Assembly (NCBI GenBank): GCA_963697165.1
Contig: CAVOMX010000012.1
Span: 139,110 to 203,109 of the forward strand
From: Candidatus Bathyarchaeota archaeon
GTDB lineage: Archaea; Thermoproteota; Bathyarchaeia; Bathyarchaeales; Bathyarchaeaceae
DNA: 64,000 bases
Direction of reading: 5' to 3'
Made by a program: the position numbers and the translations under genes. Position 1 is the stretch's first letter. Every line of letters begins with the position of its first letter. A model generated the notes under the pieces. It saw only the letters and a list, made by a program, of their open reading frames with translations, did not search any database and was not told the DNA's origin. Below are positions 23,353-35,712 of the stretch, in pieces.

Positions 23353-23664
23353 GGCGGGTCTAGGCGGGGGGCTAGGGGTCCCCTGAACCGTAAACCCTCT
23401 ACACGACGGGCTGAATGCTTTGGCGAGGCGTCAAAGATCGTCAGACATCCTCAGTCCTCTAACCGTGACTATCCGTCCCTTTAGGCTGGCGGTCATGGAG
23501 CAGCTTTCGTAGGGAGGCTGTTAACCGCGTCTACCAGGCGAACCTGGCCAGGCCCGGGAGGGAGCAACCTAAGCTTGGACGTTCAGCGCTTAGGGGACCG
23601 CGGATAAGAGTTCAGAGGTTGAGGAAACTGGTGAAAACTGGGCGACGAACCAAGGCGACCCGCC
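23353..23664 (+). ncRNA. ffs: Archaeal signal recognition particle (7S) RNA
   Basis: Terminal helix GGCGGGTC/GACCCGCC, about 312 nt; helix-8 motif GCCAGGCCCGGGAGGGAGCAACC. Confidence 0.93.
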
Positions 23665-24104
23665 ACTTCTATTAGGAGACTAAGGTTAAGCTATAGATGT
23701 TAAACTTAATAATAGATTGTGAGATTCAAGTTTTTTAGGGAAATTATTGAAAAGTCCTTATGTAGTAATGAAGAATTAGGGTTAGTTAACTATTATAATA
23801 TTATTTCAACTCAGGCATAGTCCATAGTCTATCTGGATTGCCATCCGATGGGTGAAATCTCCCACAATGCGAAATCTTACTTCTGATTTTTTACTTTCTC
23901 CAATTAATAAGACGTTAAAATCGGTTATAAAATCCTATGGAATACAATTCTAGAAATAACGAACATTGAATTTTAAGCTTTCTAACTACTTAAAGCCTGT
24001 TAAAATGTTAAATTTTAACCCCAAACCCAAAGAATGAAGAAGTCAAGTTTGTTAACCAACTAAAGACTCATTCTAGTCAAGGTTTCTCGACAAAAACCCT
24101 TTTT

Positions 24105-24308
24105 TCATTCTTCCTGAAGTTTCAAGGCCAGATTTCCATCTTCCAAGATGAATGCTCCACGGTAACCACATTTTCTGCACTGCAATAACGACCAGAGCTG
24201 CGGCATACCCTGCGCCCAAGAGACATCTGTTAATCCACACTTTGGACAATACTTATTTGCTCGCTTCTTTTTTGCCTCAATTTTGTTTGTCGTTTCATCA
24301 TTTGGCAT
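24105..24308 (-). CDS. Small Zn-ribbon protein
   Basis: YCPKCG...QCRKCGYRG. Confidence 0.6.
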   Translation of the reverse strand: MPNDETTNKIEAKKKRANKYCPKCGLTDVSWAQGMPQLWSLLQCRKCGYRGAFILEDGNLALKLQEE

Positions 24309-24311
24309 ACG

Positions 24312-24674
24312 TCAACGCCGATCTTTGCCTAGTAATCTTTTATGAAAATTGTTTATCTCCGAACCAGACTGTTTCAAAAGATTTTTTATCGAACTATATT
24401 TGCGTAAAATTTCCCCTACTTTGCTTTTGTTCTTGTGTTTATTGTATGTCTCAAGAATCTGTAATGCTTCGCACATTTCAGAACAAACATTGTCTATTTC
24501 AAGGCAATCCTCTACTATAGCTAAAGTCGAATTAATTTTATCTTGAATCATAAAAATGAAATCATTATCAGAAAATTCTCTAAACTTCTCAAAATCATCC
24601 TGAAGCATATCCAAATTAGAATTACCAATAAAAAACGAGGATAAACTAGTAAAAATCTTAGACATAAAACCCAT
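24312..24674 (-). CDS. Hypothetical protein
   Basis: 120-aa ATG ORF in AT-rich island, co-oriented with the downstream ORF. Confidence 0.4.
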   Translation of the reverse strand: MGFMSKIFTSLSSFFIGNSNLDMLQDDFEKFREFSDNDFIFMIQDKINSTLAIVEDCLEIDNVCSEMCEALQILETYNKHKNKSKVGEILRKYSSIKNLLKQSGSEINNFHKRLLGKDRR

Positions 24675-24729
24675 AATTAATCGAGTTTTCGAAGAAAAAA
24701 AGGTTGTTAATTCTCAATAATAATTTCAG

Positions 24730-24895
24730 TTACTGTTTAGTCAGTTTAGCTGCTCCCTTCAAAACCTGAACCAGTTGACGCACATCGCTTTGCAGATCCT
24801 CAAATTGACTTGACAAGCCTAGAATCTGCTCTTCTAGTTTTTTCACTCGTTCAGGCCTCAAAAGATACTCGACAGCTATATCTTTCTGATTAGGT
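24730..24895 (-). pseudogene. C-terminal coiled-coil relic resembling the end of the Rep-like gene at 28266-29185
   Basis: NQKDIAVEYLLRPERVKKLEEQ versus VGKDLAKARLLMPLKLTRLEQR. Confidence 0.45.
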
Positions 24896-26296
24896 TGTCG
24901 ATTTCTCCTTCTAGTTCGCCTGGGCTGTGATCCATTTTACGTTTTGGAGTATAGATCGTAAAGTATCTGCTTAGTAGTTTGCTTACGGAATCGTTAACTG
25001 ATTATTGCATCGTTTATCTTTTGCTTTTTAGTTGTTCAAGTTTCTTTATACAGTCTCTTGTGCTATTTCTCATGGCTTTCAAATTTGGTATGGCAACCTC
25101 GCGAAGATATTTAACATCTTTATTGGTCAGCATTTGCTAATTCACAATATGAATAAAGATTAATAATAAGGAAAAGATTTATGAATTCAAAATCTTAACC
25201 AAAAATTCATTCGACTACATTCAATCTTTTTTTATTTTTTGCGGCAGTTTATCAGACAATTCGTTCACCTTATCAACCAGAAATTCAAGTTGCACTATTA
25301 TACGTTCAAACTCGATTTCGTGTTGCCTGAGAACAGCAAGAACAAACTCAACAGAAGCTTCCCCTTCATCGACTTTCATTTTATCCAAAAAAATACAACC
25401 CCCATCTCTTCAAAGGAATTTTTAGCACCATCAAAATAACACTTAATAGAAAATAAGCATTGTTGCACAATTTTATTTAGTAATTAGTCAAATCTTTTTG
25501 CAACACTGAGCAAATAATCATAGCATCAAAAATTTTAATGTTGAAATAAAAATATTTTATCCATATAAAAAAATTGAATCCATGTCTTGAGATTAATTAT
25601 TTTAGTTGAATGACCTCTCGATTAAAATAGATAAAGAGTATACTAATTCTGGAGGTTTTGTGTTAAAAGAAGTAATAAAAATATGGGAAATAGTGAATCG
25701 GTGTTTTCACGGTTTTGGATTATTTTGTATATTGGTATTCTATTAATACGTTGTATAGTGTGTATTCAATTGGGGTGGCACTTGCTGACAGATCGACTAG
25801 AACTTAATATTAGTTTTGGCTGTTATCAACAATAGCATAGTCAGTGTAATTACTGGGGCAGAATCGAAACTTAATCCTGAGTAACCTTCTGAACTAATTA
25901 GACAGATGTGATGTGCTCCTCCACCAAGTTGGTTGCGCATTAAGACCAGATCGTTTCTATTCGGACCTGAATCATACCATTTCCACATTTCCTCAATGAT
26001 TTCTGTGGAATATCCTCTTTTATTAAGCATCTGATCAAAATTTTTTGGAAGTTTCATTATGCCATAGTGCATATTTGTGCCTTAAGAAAATTACTAATTA
26101 AGGATCAACATTTGTATTTGCGTTTAACATGAATACACTATTGAAAAAGATGGATTTCTTGAGAAATATAGAATTTAATTCTAGAATTCATAATGAAATT
26201 CTGTCACAAAATTCATCTCATCTCTTTTCGCCCTAGTGATAAAACAGATAGAAATGAGCTGTCTTTTTTTATATTTTGCCTTTTGGCGAGTTTTGT

Positions 26297-27896
26297 TTAC
26301 CTGAGTAAAGGCACGAAAGTGGCGTCTCGCGTGAATAAGAATAGGTTGGCTGTTGGTAGGTTGTCTAAATATAGGTTAAAGTTCTTGTGACGAATGTAGT
26401 GGTTTGGATAATTTACTGACTCAAATGATAAACACGTTTTGTCAGCTAGACCTGGTTTAGGTTTGAAGGTTGCATCTTTTTTAAAGAGATCAGTATTTTG
26501 GTAAGGATCAAGTTTTAAAGCAAAGTTGCTATGCCTAAGAAAATGTCCAGGTTTTTCCACTGATTCAAGGGAGATATAATTACCGCTCTGCTAAGCCAAA
26601 GGTCATCCGAAACAGGGCTGCAATTTTTTCCTGATTAGTTTTTATTTCTGCGATTTTGCCAGTGGAGTTTTGGGCAGTTATGTAGTGTGCAGGAAAATTT
26701 AGTGCCCTTAAGATTACTCTTCCGAGATGCTTCCTGTTTCCTTTCAAGGTAACTAGAAGTCTTGCTGCTGTATCCTGTAAGGCTTTTTCGTAGATTAGCA
26801 GAGCCATAGCGGTAGCTATTCTGGCCATTCTTTTTCCACAATCAAGATCAGTTTTATACCCATCCCTAAATTGATTATAAGTGTGGTCGTATTCTCTGTA
26901 GGCATTAAGGGCAACCCAAGTAACTAGTTCGTCTATTTTCCAGTTTAGGGAAGGTGCCTGTTTCCAGTCATCTGGTTTGAGTGGATTTGGGGCTTGAATC
27001 TTATTTTGGCTCCAATGAGCATATAGTGTTTTCACATCTTTTTCAAATTCTGCTTGTCTCAACCAAGTGTCAAGATTGTTGTTGAAGTCATTTTCCCATC
27101 GGTTATGCCAATTACCATTGCAGCCTGCAGCATGGTGAGGTACAATTGCATCTTGGATAGCATGCAACACTGGACCGAAAAGGGCTGGAACATTCATTTT
27201 TCCAGGGTTGGCATAGAGAAATATGGTGTACCAGTATCGAGCGAGGTTATCTAATGGCATGAATACGCTGTAGGGAATGCCTTTGCCTGATTTTCCAATA
27301 CTGTCGGCTAATGGGAATCTGGCAGCAGCTTCGGATTCGACTGTGGAGAAAATTTTTTTGTCATTTGGAAAGCTGTAGCGTTCGATTGATGGAGAACACC
27401 CGCGGTACCACTGCATTCCAGGAGCGTGGACGTATTCATCATTAAACCAGTATGCTATACCGTCATCTACTTTTCTATGTCCAGTTATTTTGCCCAGAAA
27501 CTCTACTTTCCAGTCGTCTTTGGCATCCCAAGCGTCTTGGTATTCGTTTTTTGAAGCTGATCCTTTTTTGTAGCTGTATCCATCGTAGTCGTCAAAAAGC
27601 CCTGGACCTTTTCTGATGTCGATGTAGTGATTGAAGGCGGCGAAAATGAAGCCTTGGGTCTCATAACGTGCGACATCATCGTTGTCAGCGATGGTTTTGA
27701 CGTGTGGATCGTCTCTGCCTCCTGAAAGCCATACACTTTCTACATTAACGAACTCCAGATCCTTGTAGTTGTCTGGCTCTGGCGCAGCTTTTACGATATC
27801 TGTTTTTGCCTGATAGAAAATGCTAACTTGATTTATTTTCTTGAGAAGTTTTAGTGAATATGAAGTTAATTTTCTGTGGCTATCAGCTAAAACCAA
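26297..27896 (-). CDS. Zn-dependent phospholipase C/P1-nuclease-like domain fused to AbfB (CBM42) domain; frameshift near 26580
   Basis: N-terminal His, LHAIQDAIVPHH and WHNRWE; C-terminal SFESVNYPNHYIRH and repeated DATF motifs typical of AbfB. Confidence 0.7.
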
Positions 27897-28265
27897 AAAT
27901 TTACCCCCAATTGTTTATCTGTTTGTTATGTAATTAAGACTTGTCCTCTATATCGACAAATGAGCTGTAAGCGCGCATTTACGACCTTCTCCACCCCTAA
28001 TAGAAAAACTTGAAAAAGCTGTTCATTTAGGTTTTTATTTGGTACTAAAATCAACATTAATAGAAAAGTTGTAACTTTAGTTCAGTTGAATAATTATTCA
28101 CCATTCTTGTATTAGCTGAATTCTCAATGTAATAAAGGGGGAGTTGCGGAAGAAAAGTGGTGATGTCTCCATTTTTGCTGGGAACAGTTAGTATATATTT
28201 TATTTGCGGTTTTATTATTAATAACTACCAAATAAATCAACCTTGATTGACGGTGCAAAGATTCA

Positions 28266-29185
28266 TTATGATATGTAATTCTGATCTTCAACTAGCTGTT
28301 GAGGCATCTCCCTAGTATTGATTAGGAATTAAAGCACTCTTTAGTATAGAAACAAGTTCGCTTATGTTGTCACTCAGACTGGTTAGTTTGTTTTCTATGT
28401 CTTCTACTCTTTGTTCGAGCCTGGTTAGTTTTAGGGGCATTAGTAGTCTTGCTTTGGCTAGGTCTTTGCCCACGTATTCTTCATGGGGAACACGTTCAGG
28501 AGGACTATTATCGATAGATCCTACATCTTCGACAATTGTGGTTCCTAAGCTTAACTAGCTCTCCAGCTTCTTCACTATAAAATCGGGTAATAGGCTGATG
28601 CAAAGAATATCCAACATCACTTAGCACTAACCCAAACCTGTTCTCCAAAACCATACGGACACGCTCAACTATTCTGTCCAGAAAGCATAAGCAGCTCATC
28701 AACATCAAAACCCCGCAAGACGTCCAGGATGAACAATAATACTCTTACTAGTCCGGACAACTCTTACATTACCAATTTTGACCCCAAGCTTCTCCCAATT
28801 ACGTGGACGCCCCAACTTCTTCCAATCCAACCGTTCAGCATTGCCCCACTCAATAACATCAAACTTGACAGCTTGATCTTCCAAACAGCAAACTTCAGGA
28901 CCAACACCGCTCTCACTCGTAGTGAGAATATTCGAACCGTAAGGCGTCAAAGCATACTCCTTAAACACATCAGTCTTAACCAGCCGCAATGCCCCAACAT
29001 TAAGAAACTTGTTTTTCCAATAATTCACAGTGCTTTTACTACAAGGAACAGCTATTGCAACATCACGAGCAATGTTTCCAGCACCAAGCAACCCCAAAAT
29101 CTTTTTTCGCCTTCTCAGGCAAACCCAACGCATAATCCGTAAGAGTTAGAAAACTGTCTCGAACTCTTCGAACTGGTCGAACATG
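28266..29185 (-). pseudogene. HTH-containing, putative MGE replication-type protein (frameshifted)
   Basis: N-terminal HTH ARDVAIAVPCSKSTVNYWK; LDWKKLGRPRNW; IDxS-type segment; C-terminal coiled coil; next to tRNA 3' end. Function is inferred. Confidence 0.5.
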
Positions 29186-29436
29186 CCCCCGCCCTTTCTT
29201 ACCAGCCAGCAGAAGATCCTCCAGAAAATTAACTCAACGCTTCCTCAGAACACAAAGGACATTCAACGAGCCTAGCAACTATCAGATTACCGACACCCAC
29301 AAAAGCCATTTGCTACCGCAGCCTTCACAAGATATCTTCTGCTCAATCATAATTTAGTGCTCCAAAAATTCCATTTAATAAAAAGAAAAAAGGGGAAGGT
29401 GACAAGGTACAGAATATTACGTATTCGTTTCTAAAG

Positions 29437-29528
29437 TGGTGCGGCCGCCGGGATTTGAACCCGGCTCGTCAGCGTTCCGCCCTTGTAGGTTGGCAGGCTG
29501 ATGTCCTTCCAAGCTAGACTACGACCGC
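29437..29528 (-). tRNA. tRNA-Gly(GCC) with 16-nt intron at canonical 37/38 (29475-29490); CCA encoded
   Basis: GCGGTCG...TCAGC CTGCCA|ACCTACAAGGGCGGAA|C GCTGA...GGTTCAAATCC...CCA; BHB helix CTGC/GCGG. Confidence 0.95.
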
Positions 29529-29674
29529 TCAAGAATGTTTCAAATGCACTTACGGCATTTATTTCTTTTCATAGTGATGAAGATTTCCATCCCTTTCTTT
29601 AGCCCATTTGGTCAGATAAACATTATAGGATACAACTGTACCTGAAAACTGTTGTCCAAAAAGAGCTGAAAGTC

Positions 29675-30415
29675 ATGTCTGTGGATTGTGTACTATGGGA
29701 GAAACTGGTTTTTGTTATGGGCGGAGGCAAATTTGGCACAAACGCTCTTAGGCATCTGAAGGCTATGGGTGCTAAGGTTTTGGTGGTCGACGTGAACCCT
29801 GATTGCATGGCAAGTTCAGAAATTGATGTTCAGGCTGATGGATTAGATGTTTGTGACTTTTTGGCTGATGGACAAGCCGCTTTTCTTATGGCCGATGCCG
29901 TGCAACTCTTGGCAGATATGCTGGAAAGCAGGGTGCCAGACTTGGTTGTTACGGCCATGCCCGGCAATGCAGTTGCAAAAGTTGTTGAGGTCTATCTTGC
30001 GAAGCGCGGCTTCAAGCTTGAACCCCACAGAAAGGCTGTTCCAGAAGTTTTAGAGAACATTCCAGAGAGTTTGGTTTCGGTTGTTGACGAGGATTCGGGG
30101 GTTATAGTGGTCAGTTACATGCCTTCGCATATGTGTTGTAGAGAAAACTGTGTGCCTCCAAAGAATGTTTGTGCCTTAACAGGCAGACCAAAACTTGCTT
30201 CAATGAACCGGCTCTTGGAGTTCGCTGTTTACAATCACACAGACGTTTCAGCTATTTTGATTTCTAGACAGTTGACTGGCGGGTTAGGGGCCATAGACGG
30301 AAAAGACCTGAATTCTCTATTGAAACGGTTAAATGGTCTTGAGATTCCTTACACGTTAGCGGTCGGAACAGCATGCGACTGCCACGGCATCCTCAAACTC
30401 ACCAAAGTCACCTAA
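29675..30415 (+). CDS. Rossmann-fold NAD-binding protein with Cys-rich C-terminal region
   Basis: VMGGGKFG...VLVVDVN; CRENC...C and GTACDCHG. Confidence 0.75.
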   Translation: MSVDCVLWEKLVFVMGGGKFGTNALRHLKAMGAKVLVVDVNPDCMASSEIDVQADGLDVCDFLADGQAAFLMADAVQLLADMLESRVPDLVVTAMPGNAVAKVVEVYLAKRGFKLEPHRKAVPEVLENIPESLVSVVDEDSGVIVVSYMPSHMCCRENCVPPKNVCALTGRPKLASMNRLLEFAVYNHTDVSAILISRQLTGGLGAIDGKDLNSLLKRLNGLEIPYTLAVGTACDCHGILKLTKVT

Positions 30416-30521
30416 CTTTGGTTCCATCTTGGGGCGTATTTTTCACATCTTTTCACGGGTTTCCTAAAATAATATTTCACTAGATTCCTATTGTACATCT
30501 TTGGGAGGGCATCACTAGGTA

Positions 30522-31495
30522 TTGAACACAAAAAAAGCGTCGATAACCATTCTTCTAATTCTTGTTTTGTCAACGACCTTTACGTTTCTAAACCCAACTT
30601 CGGTTCTGACAACTGACACACAGAAACAAAAGGCTCAAGCACTCATCAACATTCTCGATAACAGCAACATGAGCATAGTGCTGGCTTTCAGCAGGCTTTG
30701 ACGCCCAAAACATTACGGCGGCAAATGCTCAAACGGAATACAATGAAGGGCTCAAGCACGCCAAAGAAGCTACTAGCCTCATGAACGAAGAAAACTTTAG
30801 TGAAGCCTGCATCGAAGCTGTTGAGGCAATGCAAAAATTCGAAGAGACCTTACGACTACTAGAGACTGCCTCGCTGGTGGAGCCAACAGAAGCAGAAGTA
30901 ACCGCTGAAAAGGCAATCAGTTTGAAGGCGAACATAACCCGAGCCATGGATCACATAAAACGGTTGGAAAATCTGACCGTAAAAGCTGCGAATGTGGGAT
31001 TCAACACGTCGGCAATCGAGAAACGACTTGGAGAAGTTAAGCAATATCTGGAAACTGCTACACGAGAACTGTACATTCTAAACTTTGAGGCTGCAGCTGA
31101 AGAACTTTGCATAGCCAAAACGTTACTTGCTGAATTAAATGAGCCCTTTGTTAGGTTGACTAATCTTGTTACTGCGTCAAACACTGAGACGTATCTAAAA
31201 GACGCTGAAATCAGAGTCACTTCAGCCAAGAAAAACATAACCCTGTCTGCGACGTTAACGCCAGAAGCCAAAGAAGATGCAATCACTGCCCTGAATAATT
31301 CTGAAGTCAAGTCTAGCAAACGCCAGAGATTCTATAGAAGACAACAATGTTGACGTGGCAATTGGAGAACTTGAAGAAGCAAAAAAATGGGAAGAAGAAT
31401 CCAATCGTGCCATAGCAGCGGTAGCTGCGACTCCAACTGCACTTGCACCAACAACCGAAAGCGTCACTAGAGCAGAAACAACTGCATCAAAGTAA
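30522..31495 (+). CDS. Secreted alpha-helical hypothetical protein (frameshifted)
   Basis: Signal-like N-terminus followed by long helical ORF 30781-31353. Confidence 0.55.
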
Positions 31496-31566
31496 CGGGT
31501 GCTAAAGCCCTGAATCAACAGTACACAAAAGTTTTAGGCATATCCTTCACACCTTTTCCAAGAGAC

Positions 31567-32925
31567 GTGAACAGCCCATTGACTAAAAAAAGGGCATCCG
31601 CCTATCTTGTATTCACTTTACTTGTTCTATTGGCACTAACTTCTCAACCATCATTTTGTGAAGAGGCAACCCCAGAAACCCTGCTGTTAACGATTTACCC
31701 TGACGGTTTCGTGCTTATCGACTATACTCTTATTGTGGACAAGACATTTCCAACCCAGAACATCACCGTTTTTGGTCAAGTTCTAGAAGACTTGATTATA
31801 GTAGATTTTAATGGTTTACCTCTTAGGCTACTCACAAAACGGTTCTACACTCAGCATTTACACTCTTGGAACAGAAGAAATCAGCATTACATACATCACC
31901 CAAGACCTCACCTCAAAAGAGGGAAGATACTGGACTCTGACAATGGTTGCTCCAATAACTACGCGGATAATCTTACCTGTAGAAGCGGCAATCATAAGCC
32001 TGAACAAAGTGCCAGAAATTATAGAAACCAACAACGATAAAGTAACGCTTCTCATGAACGCTGGCTTAATCGAAGTAACCTACGTGGTAGGCATCGTTGG
32101 AACCGAAGAGTACGCACAAATAGTGATTGACGAGGCTGAAACGACCATCTTGAAAATCAAGAATTTGGTAACCATCATAACTGAGGCTGAAACAATGCTT
32201 CAGGATGCAGAAGGACGCTTTTGAGCCTCGGCAATTATGCAGAAGCTGAAACCATTGGAAATGAAGCAAAAAATTTGGCAATTCAGATTAACCAGACAGC
32301 AACCCAAGCCCAATCCAAAATAGCTGAGGCACAAACTACAGATAGTCAACAGCCGAAAATGAGAAAAGAACAGTTGGGTTAACTGACGCAAAAGACCTGC
32401 TTAACCCAAGCCAACAGCACATATGACGTCGGAAACTATTCTGAAGCATTGAGTTTTGGCGACTCAGGCAATAGTTGAAGCAGAAGACTCCAGCCTTTTC
32501 GGTGTCTGAAGAGTCTGAGGAACTTTTCCAGTCTTAGAGTTTTTCGGAGCTATCATGATTTCGGTTATAGCTGTCTTCGGTTTCATTTTTTGTCAAATCA
32601 AGAAAAAAACCCAAAGAAACTGAGGCTAAACAGAAGAAGAGACAGAATAGACGCTGAGCGAATATTTCGAGAACACAAAGATTTGATGCCCGAAGAAAAG
32701 CAGGCAATCCAGTTTCTGGTAGACAACAATGGCGAGGCCTTTGAGGCAGAACTCTATGATGATGTTAAGCTTCCAAGAACAACCACCTGGAGACTTGTTA
32801 AACGGCTAAAAAGAATGGGCATCATAACTGTTACCAAGTTCAGAAGACAGAATCTGGTACGACTGAAAACCAAATACGAAATCAAAGAACAGCCATCGTT
32901 TGAAAACTGTCTGCCATTGTTTTGA
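31567..32925 (+). CDS. Membrane-anchored protein with extracellular domain and C-terminal wHTH (multiple frameshifts)
   Basis: Signal peptide, helical repeats, TM segment, then EKQAIQFLVDNNGEAFEAELY...LPRTTTWRLVKRL. Confidence 0.7.
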
Positions 32926-33002
32926 AATTGTATTTTCGGGCCTTTCCATGGATTTCCTAAAGTTACTCTGCCGCCAATTTCCGATTAACGAGGTTAAAAA
33001 AA

Positions 33003-33635
33003 ATGCAAAAGAAAATCGTAATCTCAATGGCTGTGGTGACATTGCTCCTCATGGGAATAATGGCAACTTCAGTATTAGCATCAAACACTGATCACTTGCA
33101 AAGAATACCGCTGTTAGCACAAGACCTGCAGGTAATCTCCAGAAACAGAGTCACCAGAAAACAGTTGCTCCAGTAAGCGGAACGCTCTCGAGTTTCCGTA
33201 AAACCTTTTGACTGCTTCAGCATCCGTAACTGCTGACAGATCTTCAACTTCCACAGTTCCTGACAGATCTGATGGACTAGCAGAAATTGAAGTTGAAAGC
33301 CTGCGAGAGAGCTGTTCCTAGCCACCTACGAAGAAACAGACGCTAGAGTATCAACTCAAAGAGTTAGGTTTCTGTTGTATACTCATGATGGCAAACATGT
33401 CATGTGGGGCTTTGTTGGAAAAGGCTACTTTGTAGGCACAGATAACCAAGGCAAACGCTGCTGGGGAATATACGACAAAGGCATATTTGCAGGATTCTAT
33501 GACGGCGAATTCTTCTGGGGCAACTACAGAGGCGGCAACTGGAAAGCTGAAGGACTCTTCGGATTGAACTCCTCTCACGGAAAATACATACTGTTTCCAA
33601 CACCAGACATAACGCCAACACCAACAGTAGACTAA
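33003..33635 (+). CDS. Secreted hypothetical protein with Gly/Trp-rich C-terminal beta domain (frameshifted)
   Basis: Signal-like start at 33003; HVMWGFVGKGYFVG...WGIYDKGIFAGFYDGEFFWG. Confidence 0.5.
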
Positions 33636-33748
33636 CCCATAAACAAACAATAACCACACTCCCCTCCCTTTTTTCTAAAACAGAAGGTGATCACGAAGTT
33701 ATTTGGTAAAAACGATTACACTTCTTACAGAAGGAGACTCGTTGCTAA

Positions 33749-34285
33749 TTGCCTCAAACTGTTCTGCATCACCCCATCGCCTATATAATATACCAGATTG
33801 ACAAGCGATTAGTCGCCCGGACAAATTGTGGGCTGCATGTTTCCCGACCTTGAAATGACCCTTCATAATTCTGTTATTTGGAACTCAAGTACCGCAACCG
33901 AATGATTCTGCATAGCCTTATGGGTTCAGCCACCCTAGGAACATTTCTTGCCTTAATCGTCACGATTAGAGTTTATCCCTTTATGGTAAACAATATCTTT
34001 CATGTTGACAATAAAAAAGTCAAAACCAAATGTAATTTCTCTTTTGCTTCGGTTTTCTCAGTTTTTGTTGGAAACATCTCTCATGTTCTGTTGGACGTGA
34101 CAAACCACCCGTATAACCCAGTTTTTTGGCCTTTCCGTTCTGCCATTGCTACATCCAGCCCCATCTATTTCGCTCTTGGAAACCCGCTTGGGTCCTACTG
34201 GATGCAGATTATCATGGGCGTTCTTCTTGTGGCATTGATTGTTATTAAACGGAAGAACCTTTTTGAGGAGTTACTTGTTGGATAG
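33749..34285 (+). CDS. Membrane-bound metal-dependent hydrolase-like protein (5' indels)
   Basis: PD motif, HSL and SHVLLD...P. Confidence 0.55.
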
Positions 34286-34365
34286 AATCATTAAGATATG
34301 TTGCCCGCTTTGGAACTTAAGTATCCCATAATAACCGATTAGTGTAGTTACTGGGATGTTGTTTA

Positions 34366-35208
34366 GTGAGTGTTTAGCTTCCAGAAGCAATGATTCTTGA
34401 TGAACAAATGAACCAAGGCCTTAGAGGCAAACATGTATAATCGTATCTGTTGAAAGACTATTAACGACTACAACGAATTGGGATTATGGACAAGGACCTA
34501 ACAGTCTTCAATCAGCTTGTAGACGGAAAAATTGAAGCAGTAACTTCTAGGGGCAACGTGATACGCATAAAACTCAACAACAAAACCAGCCTGATTCTTG
34601 GTCTAGAGTACGGCGGCAAAATCCTCTATCACAATGATACAAAAAATGGTCCCAAGTTTCATATACGAATTGATTTTAGCGATGGCACAGTGCTGACGGT
34701 TAGGCTAATCAGCATGGGCGTCATCCAAGTGCTGAATGATAATGAACTGGAGCGTTCCTATGTCTACAAACGAGACTTCGACTCCACGAAACTCTCGCCC
34801 ACCGATGAAGAGTTTACCTTTGAACATTTTTCTAATCTACTGTCAAACTACAACAAAATGCTAAAGACGGTGCTTGTGGGAAAAGATGCTATTCTAGTTT
34901 GCATAAGCAACAGCACTTTCCAAGACATCTTGTATCAGGCTAGACTTGATCTAAAAAGAAAAGCCTCAGAACTTAATACCGAAGAAAAACAAAGTCTCCA
35001 CGACGCAATCAGGTTTGTGCTCAAAGAAAGAATCAGACTCGAAGGAAAAGACCAGTTCCGTGATCTGTATTGAAAGCAGGGTGACTACCTGCCCGCCATG
35101 GGACCAAACATGAAAGGACACACTTGCCCAGAATGCGGAACCTCAATAGAAATGATGAGGTTGGGCGGAGGTCACGTGTACATATCCCCCAGCTGTAAAC
35201 GTAAATAA
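34366..35208 (+). pseudogene. Fpg/Nei-family DNA glycosylase pseudogene
   Basis: V*LPEA start motif, H2TH-like QDILYQARL, C-terminal CPECG Zn finger; in-frame stops at 34375, 34438, 34462 and 35071. Confidence 0.75.
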
Positions 35209-35236
35209 TCAAACTCCCAGCTCTTAAATGTCTAGC

Positions 35237-35712
35237 TTATTCTTTGGGTTTAGCTATACCGCAGAATTTTGTCTTTCAAGAAACCATCTTTACTTTTTCG
35301 TTTGATTACCTAAGATTCTTAATATGCGCCTCTCCATGGACTGGGATCAGAAACTCCAGTTTTTTGCAACTTTCAACTTTGTCACACAACCAGCAGCCTT
35401 TAATGTCCTTTTTTTGAGCGCATATTCTGACTCTTGCAGAAGGGAGAACTCTTCACCGTTTCTACAACCTTTTCTGAACCGAAACTTCACCATTGCACCA
35501 AGAACCTCGTAGCACTCCTCATACTCCTTGAAGTCTTTGCCAAACGAAAACGTTGAAATGAACCCGACAAATTTGTCGTATCTTGTCGCCCTCAGTTCTT
35601 TTCTTAAATCTATGGCAAGGTCAGGAATTTTTCCTGAAAAACCATGACAATCTCCGAAGTAGAGCCCACAATACGCGATAAAATTCTGATCTTTTGAGAT
35701 GTTTTTATTCAC
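35237..35712 (-). pseudogene. DUF3795-like Cys-rich protein, degenerate
   Basis: IAYCGLYFGDC and RFRKGCR, with expected Cys replaced by Phe; frameshifted 3' end. Confidence 0.55.

Noticed and set aside
23278..23484. 68-aa ORF
   Set aside because: Overlaps the SRP RNA
29159..29182. TCGAAC x3 at 9-nt spacing as possible iterons
   Set aside because: Too short, and probably within the 5' coding region of the Rep-like gene
34366..35208. Stop-codon recoding (Sec/Pyl) in the Fpg/Nei gene
   Set aside because: The stops are a mix of TAG, TAA and TGA, which fits decay and not recoding
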